From: Tubiluchus corallicola
Taxonomy: Eukaryota > Animalia > Priapulida
Assembly: GCA_030141605.1 (NCBI GenBank)
Contig: JAQGDQ010000249.1
Coordinates: 246,510-310,509, forward strand
DNA: 64,000 bases
Direction: 5' to 3'
Below are positions 45,801-58,964 of this stretch, one piece after another. A model generated the notes under the pieces. The model was not told the origin of the DNA and searched no databases. It saw only the letters and a program-made list of their open reading frames with translations. A program made the translations under genes and the position numbers. Every line of letters begins with the position of its first letter. The stretch's first letter is position 1.

Positions 45801-48800
45801 AATGAGTTTGTGGAGCGGATTAGAATTTTAGGGTTAGGATGAGGGTTAGGGTTAGGATTAGGATTAGGGATAGGGATAGAGTGAGGGTTGGGTTAGGGTG
45901 AGGGACAGGGTTACGGTTATGGTTACGATATTTGTGTGGGAAATTGTAATTTTTAGTTAAATTATCATTCTAGTTCAACAATACACTTTTCAATGATCCT
46001 TTATTTGCTCAACCTGGATCAGTCAGCCCCGAGAATGTGCAAGTCTTGAATACCTTAAAATTATTAATGAGAAGAGATACTCGCAGGCCTATTTCAACTC
46101 TTTTAGTATAATAATTTAACAGATTTTAATAGGTTTGGCATCCATTGTCGCAACTGCTAACTAAACAGAGATTATAGAGTTAGTTTATGTTATGTTATTG
46201 AATAAGAAAATAGAACTTCCATAATGCGTGCAAGGCATTAGAGTTACGAACCCTAGCAAAGGCCTAATGAATCCACCGATTTTAAATCTCATAAAATTTG
46301 ATGTGACCTGACACACCTGAAACTAGACCATCTATAACGAACATTTTCACTTTCTTATTCCGAATATAAATTAGGAAGATTACACTTTCCAAATGCTTTT
46401 TCACTTTTTCACGTACCACGTGATATTTTCATAGGATTTCTGTGGTAATGCAATTATTAATTTCTCACACTGCTGGATGTCAATTGATGCTTGATATTGC
46501 AATGCACGCAAAATTAAGATTTTTTAAAAATCCACTGCCTTTGTAAAGTACATGGTCGTCCAAAAAAAGGTTCTGACAAACTGGGAATTTTCCACCCTGG
46601 TAAAGGCGGTTTTAGAAGAGACTTACATCATCATGTAGCTCGGTTTCTGCTCAAAACAAACAGCTATGAAATTCCCACCATATCTTTACACGGTATTACG
46701 GTAAATAAGCAAAAAGTGCCATATTGAGAGATTTTCACCCCTTGTTTCTAGAGGAACACGGTGCAGAAAAAATATCCTAGTGGCTGTTATTGAAGATCTT
46801 TGACGGAAATTTATAGTTCTTTGGAAAAAACCTGGTTATAAGATGATGTGGGTCTCTTTTACAAACGCCTCTACCAGGATGAAAACTACGAGTTAACTTG
46901 GGGGAACGTTTTTTTCTGGACGAACCTGTATTACGAAATACGGCCAATCTGCTGAAACCACCCGGGCAGACTAGGCACGAACGATTGTCATGGCGTGGAG
47001 CTCAGGGGGGGGGGGGGCGCATCCGCTTAAGTCATTCCTGGATACCTTCATCCTGTGAATGAGGGACAAATCTACCTACTGAATCCAGCTTGGACGCAGC
47101 CAGACCTCTGGGCCTAAAACCATCAGTAAATTTCTTTATTTATACTGTAAAATTTTCTAATGTTAAACTGCTCAAAATTTTGTTTTAATTATTTCTTAAA
47201 CTTGAAACCGTATAGGCGTTAAGCACTTTCTTGTAATCCTCATGTATTTTAAAGTAGGCGTTATGAATTTTAGAAGCGTTAGACAGCTCTTTACTCTATA
47301 AAACGTTCTACGTCCATACTTTCATTTGCAAAATTTCAGAGTGGAATTCCTGGCAGTACGCCACCATCCTAAAATTTCTCTTACCAAACTAGAAACTTAC
47401 CCATCATTTCTCAAGTAACTGGACATGTTGGTCACAGTGTTGAAAAGCCAGACAGACAGACAGATGGCCACGCAGACCGCCGGAGAGAAGTACTGCTTGT
47501 AAATACCATGGTAACAGATGGCGATCAGACGATTGATGCTTATGACCATGAGCGTCAATAGTGATGTGGTGCAGGCGATGTAGCACAGTGCCCCAATTAT
47601 TTCACAGATTCCCACCTTTGACATCAGCATCTCTTCAGAAAGGTAACCTGTAATAAACACCAAAATCATAAAATTCCCAAAAGATTCGTCATATTAAACC
47701 TCCAAGTGACTTTGTTCACTTTCTTTGTTTTTTTAAACATTTCCAAACAAGGTCAATGACCAATTAAGGTAAGAGAGTACAGTGAAAATATGAAGAAATT
47801 AATAAGTGAATATATGTTAAAGAAACAGAAAAAACAAAAGACAAGATATTCAATGACGTTCTTAAGTTTTAGGAGAAACAGGTTTCCGGTGGAGAATCCC
47901 ACAAGTAAGAAGCTCAAATGAAAAAAAAACTTAATTTATAAATAGTTTTTTACAGTTAGGAATCTCCATATAACCTTGTCCATGTAACGCCCATGAGAAG
48001 CAGCAGAAAAATGAGTATTGCGTTTAAACTGTTGGCGTTTTAGCTCCAATGACAACAGTTTCAGTGAGCATCTTCCATGTATTAAACACTAGCGGCCCCA
48101 GTTATAAAACTCTACAATAAAAACATCTTTACAAAAAACAAGGAAATAATAAACAAGGACAGTTTGTGAAAAAGGAAATAATAATTAACGATCACCGCTT
48201 GCATTCCCTAAAGAACAGGGACGTCTGTGACAAAAAACCAGTTGAAATCATAGCTCCAGAAGACAGAACAAGGCCTGTGTAGATATTAGATGGATTGAAT
48301 TCTTACCTAGAATACCAGCTGGTGTAACGAGACCAGTAATCAGCAAGTCAGCAATGGATAAGTTGCAAATGAAAACATTACAGGATCTTCTTAGCGGTTC
48401 GTACATTATAATAGACAGGATAACCAAGATGTTTCCGCTGATTCCCATACCTGCAAATGAAAATTAAATGTTTTCCTATACTCAGATTACCATACGAGCT
48501 GTGCTTTCAAAATTAATTTATGCCAGAAAGGTTTATAATAATTGTGAAGTTCTACGGGATGTCTAATTGGTTAAAACCGTAAAAGAGGACAAAATGCCCA
48601 TTAAGTCTCAAAAATTCGTTGTTTTTTTCGGAAGAAAAATATAGAATTTTTTTAGACTTAATGGGCATTTTGACTTCTTTTGTGGTTACGACCATGGTAA
48701 ATCTCAGAAGAGCACTATCTTATTTTCAAGCTAATTTGTTAAAGCTCTAACAAGCAATTTCAAACGCATTTACGCTACTTCAGTGATAGACTATCGTTTG

Positions 48801-49172
48801 TTTGATTCTTTTTCGTATTTTTTGAAGGTTTCTGCTGGGCATTTTCTCTGAAAAAATACTACAAGAAACATTTTTTCAACATCTTAACTAACACAAGAAC
48901 AAAGCAATGCTTCCGCGCTCTGGGGGGGGGGTAATTATTTAATTCGGTTTTTGACAAGACGCTTAAAAAGCAGAACCCCATTGGACTATGAATGATTTTG
49001 CAAATTTTGGACAAAACTTGTATGAAAGGTTTACTATTACTGACTCACCTGCTGACAAGATCTGCAGACAAAGATAAATAATGTCTGTAGTTCTGCTAAG
49101 CTGATTGCTTGAAACTCCTTCAGATTGTTGAGAAATGTTGTTGATGACAAGTGGAACCGCTGCTGATTCCAT
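42873..49172 (-). CDS. Class A (rhodopsin-like) GPCR, melatonin-receptor-like (about 349 aa), 5 coding exons
   Basis: Exons 49049-49172, 48307-48450 (GNILVI, FICNLSIADL), 47401-47647 (C..ISINRLIAIC), 45574-45733 (EPRSMHC, ICYTHIF), 42873-43247 (CSWGP, LAHLNSATNPVIYG). Phases are consistent; NRL in place of DRY resembles the melatonin-family NRY. Confidence 0.9.
45770..45955. repeat. Short interspersed element with a degenerate TTAGGG core (inverted copy at 49375-49487)
   Basis: GGCTAAAGTTTACAATTCC..GCGGATTAG..(GGGTTA)-like; reverse-complement copy upstream of the GPCR start. Confidence 0.65.
46551..46928. mobile_element. Tc1/mariner-like MITE
   Basis: TA|CATGGTCGTCCAAAAAAAAGGTTC ... GAACGTTTTTTTCTGGACGAACCTG|TA plus long imperfect subterminal inverted repeats. 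Confidence 0.7.
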
Positions 49173-51650
49173 GTTCACTATGATAAGATAAGATATTGTC
49201 TGATGTATAAGAGATGACGTTGAGTGTTTGCTGGCAAAATAATTAGTGGCTTTTTGAAGTTGATTTGCTTCATATGCGTGACACTACGCGCAAGCGTGTT
49301 GAGCTTTGATTTAGTCATGCAGAGTCATCACTTTAAAGGGAAGTAAAGGCAATTGTAAAGTATATTTAACACTAGCCCTAACCCTAGCTGTAATCCTAAC
49401 CCAATCCCTAACCCAAGCCCCAACCCCAACCCTCACCCTAATCCGCTTTCTAATTTCTTGTGTTTGGGGAATTGTAAACTTTAGCCACCGTAAAAAACGT
49501 TCCGTACAAAGTTATATTGCTGTGCATTACGCTTAACTCTTTGAAAGACATGTAACTGAAAATAGAAGATCCTTAATAAATTAAAATATTCGCGCCAGCT
49601 GGAAAAATGTCACTGGTTCACCAAAAAACCATTATTACAGTTTTTTAGCTTGGCTAGTTAGATTAGATTAGTTTATTTCAGCGTATGGTCACCATGTTGG
49701 TACAATATCAAATATTTTTGTCCATTATTAGTACAACATTGGACCAATATTGTCGTCCAATACTGAAAACACATATTGATAAAAAAATATTGGTACTATG
49801 TTGCGACAAGTCCGAATTTCCATATGATAGCCATATTTGCAAAACTATTGTGACAACATTGGCACAATATTGCCGTGCTGCCTGGGATAGAGCTGGCAGA
49901 GATATTTGATACTTCTTTCGGATGCTACGAGCGCGAAATAACCACTTACAGATGACTGTCTAGAAGTGAATTTCCTGGCGAATACCCATAAATTTGTTTA
50001 CAACTTTAAGAATGACTTACCTTAGGTTACTGCACAAACACCACGACGAATCCAGCAATTTCCCTCTAATTGTAATTAGTTTAATTATGTAATTTCGCCT
50101 GCATGTTATGTATACACGTAGCGCTTGCTATACAAGGGACATGTGAAAAAAAGCTTATCATATTCGACGGAAGAGGAAGTTCATCAAAGCTAATAATAAA
50201 ATTGACAATAATTGAATAAACGGTTGAGTGCTCTTTTCTTAATCTCCAAAAGTAGATTTTATTTATTCCGGGAGCTTTCGTTTTTAACGGGCCTCGTTAG
50301 CAGGGTTGATGATTGTAAAAGGAAAACCTGAAGTCGATAATCTGTTAGTAAATAAACCTGCCCTTTGAGACTAAGAAAAGAGCATTCAGCTTTTTATTCC
50401 TTATAGTAAAGATAATAAAATCTTATTTAGTAATAATTGGTTGAACAAGTAAATAAGCAAGATCATATATAAAGAAGCCAGCTCTAGTAATATTAATAAT
50501 GCACAATGTTGAACGTAACCGGAGCTTGCATCAAGAAATCAGAGTTCTCGTACATTCTCTGAAGCTACGGGTGTCAGTAAGTAATTGCCCACCACTGTAC
50601 AAAAAGAAAGCGAATAGAATAGATACATGGCAAAATCACGGGAGCATTTAGTTTTAAGCAAAGGACACCTATCTATATATCTAGCTAGTGCCACTAGTCT
50701 TAGCGATGAAGGCCAAAAATGGACAGGAGTGTGATTCATGTTCTTTTCTCTTGACTCATTTGAGATCGATGTGGGCTGGTGCATAAAAAACTTCGAGAAG
50801 AAGTATGTCAGACGGTACCATCTATGGAGCTGAAAGGCATTTATCATAGCCGAGATAGTAATGTGCGCCATAAATTATAATCGAAATAGTGACAGAATTA
50901 ATCACAATGGAATTGATCATGTAAAAAAGAAAACCCTGTAAATAGTAATTGTAATAGTTTATATAAATGCCTATTCACAGAGATATTTATATCTAAAATG
51001 ACATAATCTTATGTAATTTGCACTACTAATAATCCTTCTGAAACATTACTAATAATATTGTAAATGCAAATATGTTATAATAATATGTCATAACCGTAAT
51101 CAGGTAATATGTAAAAACGCATGTAAAACGACCTCCCTGCAAATAGAGTGAACTGTATACATGTATATTTGTGTAATAAAAAGAGTTATTATAATAATAA
51201 AAATTGACGGAAAATTTCAAGAACTTCAAAGAATTTAAAAAGAAACACACTAAATAAGAATTATCACGACTGAAACGTTTATTTTTACCTGTGATTGCTA
51301 TTTATGTATAGAAGCTATTGAGAAGCGTTTAAATAATTACACTGAATTTCTTCATTGAATTTTTATGAACTTTTTCCAAATGAGAAATATTTCTGAAACA
51401 TACAAGATTGCTGCACCCCCCGAATGCCATTATTTAAGAAAGTATTAGAAAACTGTTTATGCCAACTACCCATGTTTGTCTTCTGGAGCTAGTTTGTTTT
51501 CACTCTTTATTGAAGGCCAAACAGCTACATGAATTTTAATTAAATTTTGCTTGATTAATGTTAGGGACTTGGGGTGTCACTGGGGTCAGGTTAGGTCACC
51601 ACCAGCTTTCGGTGTCTGAGATTTTTTGATGCTTAAGTATTGTTTTAATG

Positions 51651-52339
51651 CAGTGGTTCCCAACCGGGGGTACGGGTACCCCCTGGGGGTACGCAACAGC
51701 AATGCCAGGGGTACGCAGAAAGTGTGTCAGATCGACACATTTTTTTTCTTTCTGTAGCCGGTGAAAAGGGTAAAATACACCAAGTTGCAGCATCGCGATA
51801 TTCTTCCTACGTCACACAATATATTTCACAAACAATATCATTCCCGCGCAGTGTGCTAGAAAATACTTTTACCCGCCCACGAAAAGCCTATATTTTGTCG
51901 CTTTGTTTGTGCTGTATTTGGCTTTCGAGGTGTTGGTTCCATTTGTGACAACATACAAATGTGAGCTAGGCTTCAGTGCAATGCTACATTTGAAGACGAA
52001 GGCAAGAAACCATTTGGATTTGAGGAGCGACATGCGAGTCGCAATATCAACAATTAAACCTCATATAAAAAAACTTGTTGATAATCATCAAAAATAGCGT
52101 GCGCATTAATTATGACTGCTGTGAAGATCGCGTTTCCTTGTATTGATGTTTTCATATTCGAGAAAGTTGTTCAAATTACGCATTTCTTAATAATCAGTGA
52201 TAAAATGTCGATAATATTAATCGTTGTTTTCTGGAAACTGGTTTTTCAAACGATTTGTTGAAAAATATCAGTTGGGGGTACGCTGAAGATCGCCACATTT
52301 AGAAGGGGTACTTGGCAAGGAAAAGGTTGGGAACCACTG
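51651..52339 (+). mobile_element. Internally deleted hAT (Charlie/Buster-like) transposon with a transposase C-terminal remnant
   Basis: TIR CAGTGGTTCCCAACC/GGTTGGGAACCACTG; 8-bp TSD TTTTAATG; ORF 51903-52097 PFVTTYKCELGFSAMLHLKTKARNHL corresponds to the hAT dimerisation domain. Confidence 0.92.
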
Positions 52340-53492
52340 TTTTAATGGAAAAACTCTTTCAACAGCATGGTTACTCAGCAGGGATACTGTAACACAGCAA
52401 GCGATGAGTTTTTGTATTTACCATAGAGCCGAGATGAAAAAGCCAAATCTGAGTGTTTTCTGTATATTGAGATATATTGAGTTCTAGGAAAGAACACTAT
52501 CCTAGAACTCAAATGATGCAATGCAATTTTTTATTGGGCTTTTGCATGAATCATGGTATTCACAGACTAAAAAATAGCAGAAGTAGTTGTCTTATCGCAT
52601 TTTGGCAAAAGCCAAAGGCACAAAGTCTATGTAGCTGAAGTGAAGTCTGAAAAAATGGTCTACAAACAAATAATTATCTTATTTAAATTTCACTGAGTGA
52701 ACAACAATTAATCCAGAACTGTAAGAAACTTAAGTTTAAACGTTTATTAAAATTCTTCCACACTAAGTACTAAGAAATACATTTCAAAATAAAATGTGCA
52801 CAACATTAAAATTATCGCCTCACAGTTTACATAAAAGTGCAAATACTGATGAAGAATGCACGGCAAGAGCTCAAAGGATCTACAATTTTCTGCAATGTGA
52901 AACATTTTTCGTAATTGTTTGCAACGAGGTGTATCAGTTACGATGACTGCCTAGGACTGTTTGTATTTTTCTACAAATTAAAGTAGTAGAATAATCTATA
53001 GATCCCATTATGTCTACTGCTGACATCTGCCAAGTGAACTTTCAAGACAGATAAACATAGCTGCTGGTCCAGTAAAGAAAGTGGGAGAATAAATTGATTA
53101 TTAAAAGCCATAATGGCTTGCTTGGTGGCGCCATCTATAACTAAATTTAAAATGAAAAATTGGAATGTCTAAATTGCAATATATTTACGTTTATCTGACA
53201 ATGCAACAAACTACTACATGTAGTACCACACAAGCAAATAAGTTACCTTCTGCCAATTTTAAAACCTTTCAAGACTCCTGCATCAGTTTTTTAATCAGAA
53301 GAAATTAAAAACCCAGGTTTAATGATAGTAATCACTAATAATTATTCCAATATCTGTGGCACATAGCTTGTTAAAACTTCCACAATACAATTAAGGTACA
53401 ACATCAACAATCATGTAATGCAGTAGATGATGCCAAAACAAAATGACAGTCGTTTCACGTTGAGCTGAAAACACTGACGCGATGTCTCATAA

Positions 53493-56400
53493 TTACTCAG
53501 CTCCATTCCTAGATGGTGACGCCGAACGAGAATGTCTGCTCCTGGAGGCAAAAAACAAAGTCTTTTTAAGATTTTTGCAAAAACGCATCTTTTACAAGGC
53601 ACGATTTAGCCATCTGTAGTTATGTCAGTTGTTTTGACGGCTTAATCTCCAAGTTTCTGTTAGTTGCAGACTGAAGCACCCTTGGAAATGAGAGTCTCAA
53701 TAATCAAGTGGTACTTGTCTCACAGTCAGTTAAGAATGGTCACAAGCAGTCTTTTCAGGAGCATGTATAAATTAAACTTATTGTTGTAATTAAATTAAAA
53801 ACATTGCTTAAAACCGAGTCTGTAATGCAAGTCAATTTAGACAGAAACTTCAAAGCATTTATTAAAACAACACAACTTTTATTAATTTAAATCCATTTGA
53901 AAACATGGCCAGATGTTTCGACAGCAGTCTCCTGATTATTAGGCCTCAGTCTTTGCAAGTGAAAGGCAAAATCTGTCATATTATGAAGAAACTGTACCAC
54001 CATATTCAATTATGCATCGTGTTAAAATCTGGCAATAGTTTAGGCTCATTCTTCCCACTTAAAGACAAAATACTCACATTCTTACAGTCTGGTATTATTT
54101 ATAGATTTCAGTGTAGCAGCTGCAATGCTGCTTACCATGGCAGAACATCCAGACACTTTAAAATAAGAATATGTGAACATCTGAGTATTTCATCTAGAAC
54201 TGGCAACAAATTAAAAAAAATTCCTCAATCTAGCATTAATGACCACACTTGTGCCTCTGGCCACGAAGCTAATTTTAATAATTTCATCACTGTGACCAGA
54301 GCTACAAATAACTGGGACTTATTAATAAAAGAAAGTTTATCTATGTACCTCAATAAGCCTTCTCTTAATGCACAAAGCAGTTCAATTCCGTTAACTTTAT
54401 TTACAGATGCTTAGCTGTTACTGTATCAATTGCTTTTCTACAGGTCTGCTTATTCATTTCTTATTTGGCTTCCTTGTTATACATAATTAGTGCACAATTT
54501 TTTCTACTGTAGGCTCTGCCTATGTGTAAGCTGGTTGTTTGGTTCTATATTGTACCACTGATGATGACAGCAGACTGCTGTCGAAAGCTCTAGACATGTT
54601 TTTAAACAGTTTTACATTAAAGTTTTTTAATAAAAGTTGTGTTGTTTTAATAAATACGCGGCAGTGTTTGCAGTAGCTGTAGAAACTGAGCAATGCTATT
54701 TACATTATACAAACAATCATACGTACCTACTGCGGCTTCTACTGGCTGAACGTTTCTTGTCTTCACGGCTACGAGATCTTGACCGAGAGTAACTTCTTCT
54801 GCCCCTAAATATAATTAAGAAATTAATAGTAACTATACACAAAAGAAAATTGTAATAATTTTAAAATGCATTTTGCAAATGGCATTAATTATAGTTTATT
54901 AATATAGCTATATATTTCAAATGATAAGTTTCTTTCCCCAATTATTTCGTTTTTCAGGATGCCAAGATTTTTCATTCTCATGTAAAAGATTTAATTTACT
55001 AAATAACAAATATGCACGATAGCAAAATCGTAACCCACATTGTTTATTTACTTATTTTGATGCAGTCAGCATTTATATACCTGACCTACTCGATGAGTAA
55101 GCAGAAGAGCAAGTATGAAAGATGAAAACGATGACTGCAGTCTTGCTGCACGTGCCAAACATGGCAGCTGAATAATCTGCACCGTTTCGGTGCGATGATT
55201 TGCACGGATTTCCAACAAATGCAGAATAGCGAACGCTGTGACGACGCCGTAAAATTAGCTGCTGAAGAAATGCACAGCTGATCAAAACATTTTACGAAAG
55301 GCCCAGATGCGTCGAATACAAGCGACTAAATCTCGATATCCACGCTGCAGGTGACAGTGCAAACAGCTGATATTGGTGTAAATTAATTGCAGATATCGAT
55401 GTTACATAAATTCAATCGATGTGGAAACATACCACCCTGTAAATTATAGTGAACAATGCTATAATAGCTGTGAATTTCAATTGGAATTAAGAATTACAAC
55501 CACTGAAATAAAATGCTTAAAATAATAAGATGTAGAATAAAGGTAAACCAGACAATTGAAATGACTAAGTCTCTTCAAAGCTGCTTAAGTTAATTAACGT
55601 GAAACATACCTAAAGATGCTTTGCAGTATCAAATAATGAATTGCATCAAATGATTTTTGAGCACGAAGTAGGAACAGTGGCCCAATGATAATTTTCCAAA
55701 AATAAATAAAAATCTAACAAAAATCTACAACACCACGAAAGTAAAAGGTAAAGCAGCTTATAGTGCCACACAATCATTGTTGCACTTGTAATGTTTAAGA
55801 GAGCAAAAGTGTTTTTCTTGCAAAGTGCAAATGATAGCCAAAATTAAACCTACGTGTACACTGCAGGATGAAAATATTTAAGATTTAAAATAACGAAAGT
55901 TAAACAAGCATTCAGGTGACAGAAAGAGCAGTACTTTACCTGGAATGTGAGCGATCTCGTGAGCGTCCTCTCCGCCCACCACTTCTCCTTTTGCCGCAGT
56001 CATAAGCATAATGGCCTCGTTCACCACACTCGTAACATTTGTCGTCGGAATTGAAACGGCGACGAGGAGGTCCCCGAAATCCACCACCACCACCACCACC
56101 ATATCCGCCACGTCTCTGCTGTCTTCGTCCAGAGGACATTTCCACGCGAACTCGTTGACCACACACGGTCCTAAAGACAAGTGGATCAAACTCTTAACAC
56201 ACAAATTCCTCTGCATTACTCACTGTTTTTAAGGCTTACTCACTAGCCCATATGAAGCAATTATTACCAATATTTGTTTTCTGGCCAGAGCTCTAGTTAG
56301 CAAAAAAATAATTCTAAGAATTCTGCCAATAAGTTCAGGATTAACCATGCCTATCGTAGGTGTGTAGTTTCTACCCACAGCTAGGGGCGAGCATCCATCG

Positions 56401-57416
56401 AACGTTCACGTTTGAACAAATTTTTTTATTCAAATTCGATTTGAACACCAAACTATGAATTTGAATAGTTCAAAGCCCCAATTACTTTGTCATTAAACAT
56501 TTAAAATATCATGCAATAAGAACAATTTAGCTGCGATTTTTGTGTACTGTGTTTTAACAAATCATTACTAGTTTTTACCACAGAACAAAAGCAATATGCG
56601 CAATCTTTGCAAGCTGCTATAAAATGAAAATAAGTAGTGAAAGTGGAAATTTGGTCGTCTCCACTCACCCTGCATTCTGCATTGTGGGTTATATTATAGC
56701 AATTTACAAAATATTTGTCTTGTTAGTAAGGCCTGTAGAAGCAAGTACATATTTTGTATTCTTTAAGTTTACTGAATCATTAGAAGCAACTTACAACAAG
56801 ATTTTGAATAAAACAAGGGAAGGGGCAATTTAAGACGTGCAAAAGGAGAACTAATCTCAAACGCATCACTTAAAAACAAAGTAAGTAAAAAGTAGATTAT
56901 TTAAATTGCTAAATGCAGCAAAATATTTTTACCGTGATTCTTGGTTTTATGTATACAAATCAGTCATTAAAATCTTAGTGTAAATTAGTACATGGCTACA
57001 TGCAGTCTCTGCCATCTTGGAACTGAATTAATTTTTTGTGCACACAATTTTTTGGTACTACAAATTGAAGTCAATCTTCAATTGTCCGAATCAAGCTATT
57101 ACACCCTTGCGCCGTGTCACACACATAGGGTTTGTTTCATGCCTTAAAGTCAAATAACATCAACATTAAACAATGATTACCTTCCATCCAATCCTCGTGC
57201 GGCATCTTCAGCATCTCTTGGATCTTCAAACTCAACAAATGCAAATCCTGGAGGATTTCTCGCAACCCAGACGCTCTTCAAAGGACCATAGTAGCCAAAG
57301 GCTTCCTCAAGGTCATATTTGGATGCATTGTTGCCCAAGTCACCAACATAAACTTTGCAATCTGACGGCCCACGAGTCACACCAGATCGACTTGAACCTC
57401 CGTCTCTCCACGACAT
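53493..57416 (-). CDS. SRSF7: Serine/arginine-rich splicing factor 7 (9G8)-like: RRM, CCHC zinc knuckle and RS domain (about 197 aa)
   Basis: Exons 57181-57416 ([33 protein letters not shown]), 55940-56170 ([14 protein letters not shown]), 54727-54804 and 53493-53541 (RS repeats, stop). The zinc knuckle distinguishes it from SRSF3. Confidence 0.93.
53857..54660 (+). mobile_element. Penelope-like element fragment: GIY-YIG endonuclease flanked by an inverted partial pseudo-LTR
   Basis: ORF 53905-54414 [38 protein letters not shown]; 53857-53930 is an inverted copy of 54570-54658. Confidence 0.88.
54555..54593 (+). ncRNA. Minimal type I hammerhead ribozyme motif (PLE-associated, partly degenerate)
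   Basis: CCA-CTGATGA-T-GACAGCA-GAC-TGCTGTC-GAAA-GCTC-TAG: core boxes plus a 7-bp stem II. The inverted copy reads GAAACATCTGG, which restores helix I with CCA. Confidence 0.7.
55081..55436 (-). other. Candidate poison (PTC-containing) cassette exon of SRSF7
   Basis: TTTACAG|GGTGGT...GGTCAG|GTATAT; in-frame TGA after VVCFHID; more GC-rich than the flanking intron; lies after the zinc-knuckle exon. Confidence 0.7.
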
Positions 57417-58687
57417 CACTGTTAAGAATGCAACTTCAGCTCTGCCCAACGTAATCTGTGCACTTTAGTAAGACTCTAGAATGTCGTAAATAAGTTTTTC
57501 TGGGTGTCATAAGTAGTTAAACTGTGACTGTGAAGTTTTTAAGATATTAGAACATGACTTGTACTGATTCATGACTAGGAGGCAAGGCCAGTTACTAGAG
57601 TAACTATAACAGTATAATTTGAAGCCATCAACAAGTCAACACTTTTATGTAGTGAAATTTTAGTATAGCCAAATGTAAAGGTTGGAAGGCTAGCTGTGTT
57701 GCTGGAAAAATCAATATACATCTTATCTTCAGTAGGCCTGTTATTAGAAAGAGATGGCCACAATAACACTGTGTATCGCACATGTATACAATCACATGTG
57801 GACATTCTGTCACTGCCAAGTTTTTCAATATGACACAGTAAGTAGCGACAAATTACGGCGCATGCGTGTGGATGGAAAAATGTTACCACATGTAATAATT
57901 GCGTTGACGTTGTAACTTTTATGAATATTAGAATGTTGAACAGTTTCGTTGTTTTTGTTAATAATGAAGAGAAAACATCTAAACATTTTTCTATTGAAAT
58001 TTTGAAAAGAATGTTTTAAGTAAAAATGTGTGTCCATCGGAGCACGTCCATCACTCCGCGAACATTTTCCAGACCAGGGTCAGAAAGACACAATATTTCC
58101 TATTGAATTCCCTTCATTTGATTACTTAGGAACTGAGTCTCATTTTAGTAAAATCAATAGTAAAGTAGCATTCAAAACAATTTTAAGGAAAATATAAATT
58201 AAAATTTTATAGAAACTAAAGAAATTTGACAGAAGCATTTTGCATGTATAAAACTATAAATACTGTGAAGTGAAAAGGAATATAAAAATGCTTGGAATTT
58301 TTTTCTATTCGAACTACTATAGCTTTAACTAGGATTCAAATTGACAACTTTTAGATGTACAATATGCTCGTTTATTAATATAGAAAGGCACTCCGTGTGA
58401 TAATACACTCTATAGTCATGCACATATTGCCAGAGAGTCCAGCTTCAGGCGTGACTTTTGCACTACACAGCCTAGAGTTAGTCAGACGATGTTGGCGCCA
58501 ATTTGGGAGTCTTCAGGAAAAACGTATATCACCTTGTAGCCCAGCTCTTTCTAAAAAGCTATAAAAATCCCTTAAAGGTTCCCATAACACGTGTATATAT
58601 TATGTTAATACATCAGTTAAAGTTAAGTTACAGGCTGAAATACGCAAGTAAGAAACATTTCTCAAACAAAGACTACTTACTGCTTAC

Positions 58688-58760
58688 CTGATTTCCGAAA
58701 CACAAAACTTGGAGAGGCAATTCCTTATTTGAGCACCAGGCGTCAGCACATATTTCCATC
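58688..58760 (-). other. Candidate non-coding first exon of SRSF7
   Basis: Strong donor CAG|GTAAGC at 58687; the start-codon exon begins 2 nt before the ATG, after an acceptor at 57419. The 5' limit is uncertain. Confidence 0.5.
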
Positions 58761-58964
58761 ATTTTCAGTTTTTCATTTGTTTTTCATTTTATTTGACGTA
58801 AGCAGAAACGTAATTATAAATTTTAACTGGTAGTTCTCAAAACCAGATTCTTAAACTTTTTAATAACTTTTATTCGTTGGGACTTAAGTTAAGTAAAAAA
58901 ATATGTTTGTCACTTTCTCCCGGGGACGCAGTCAAGGAAGAGTCTGAAACGCACGTGTTCTACA

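Noticed and set aside
45826-45925. Interstitial telomere or chromosome fusion scar
   Set aside because: Short, degenerate, and embedded in a dispersed element with a second copy at 49375-49487.
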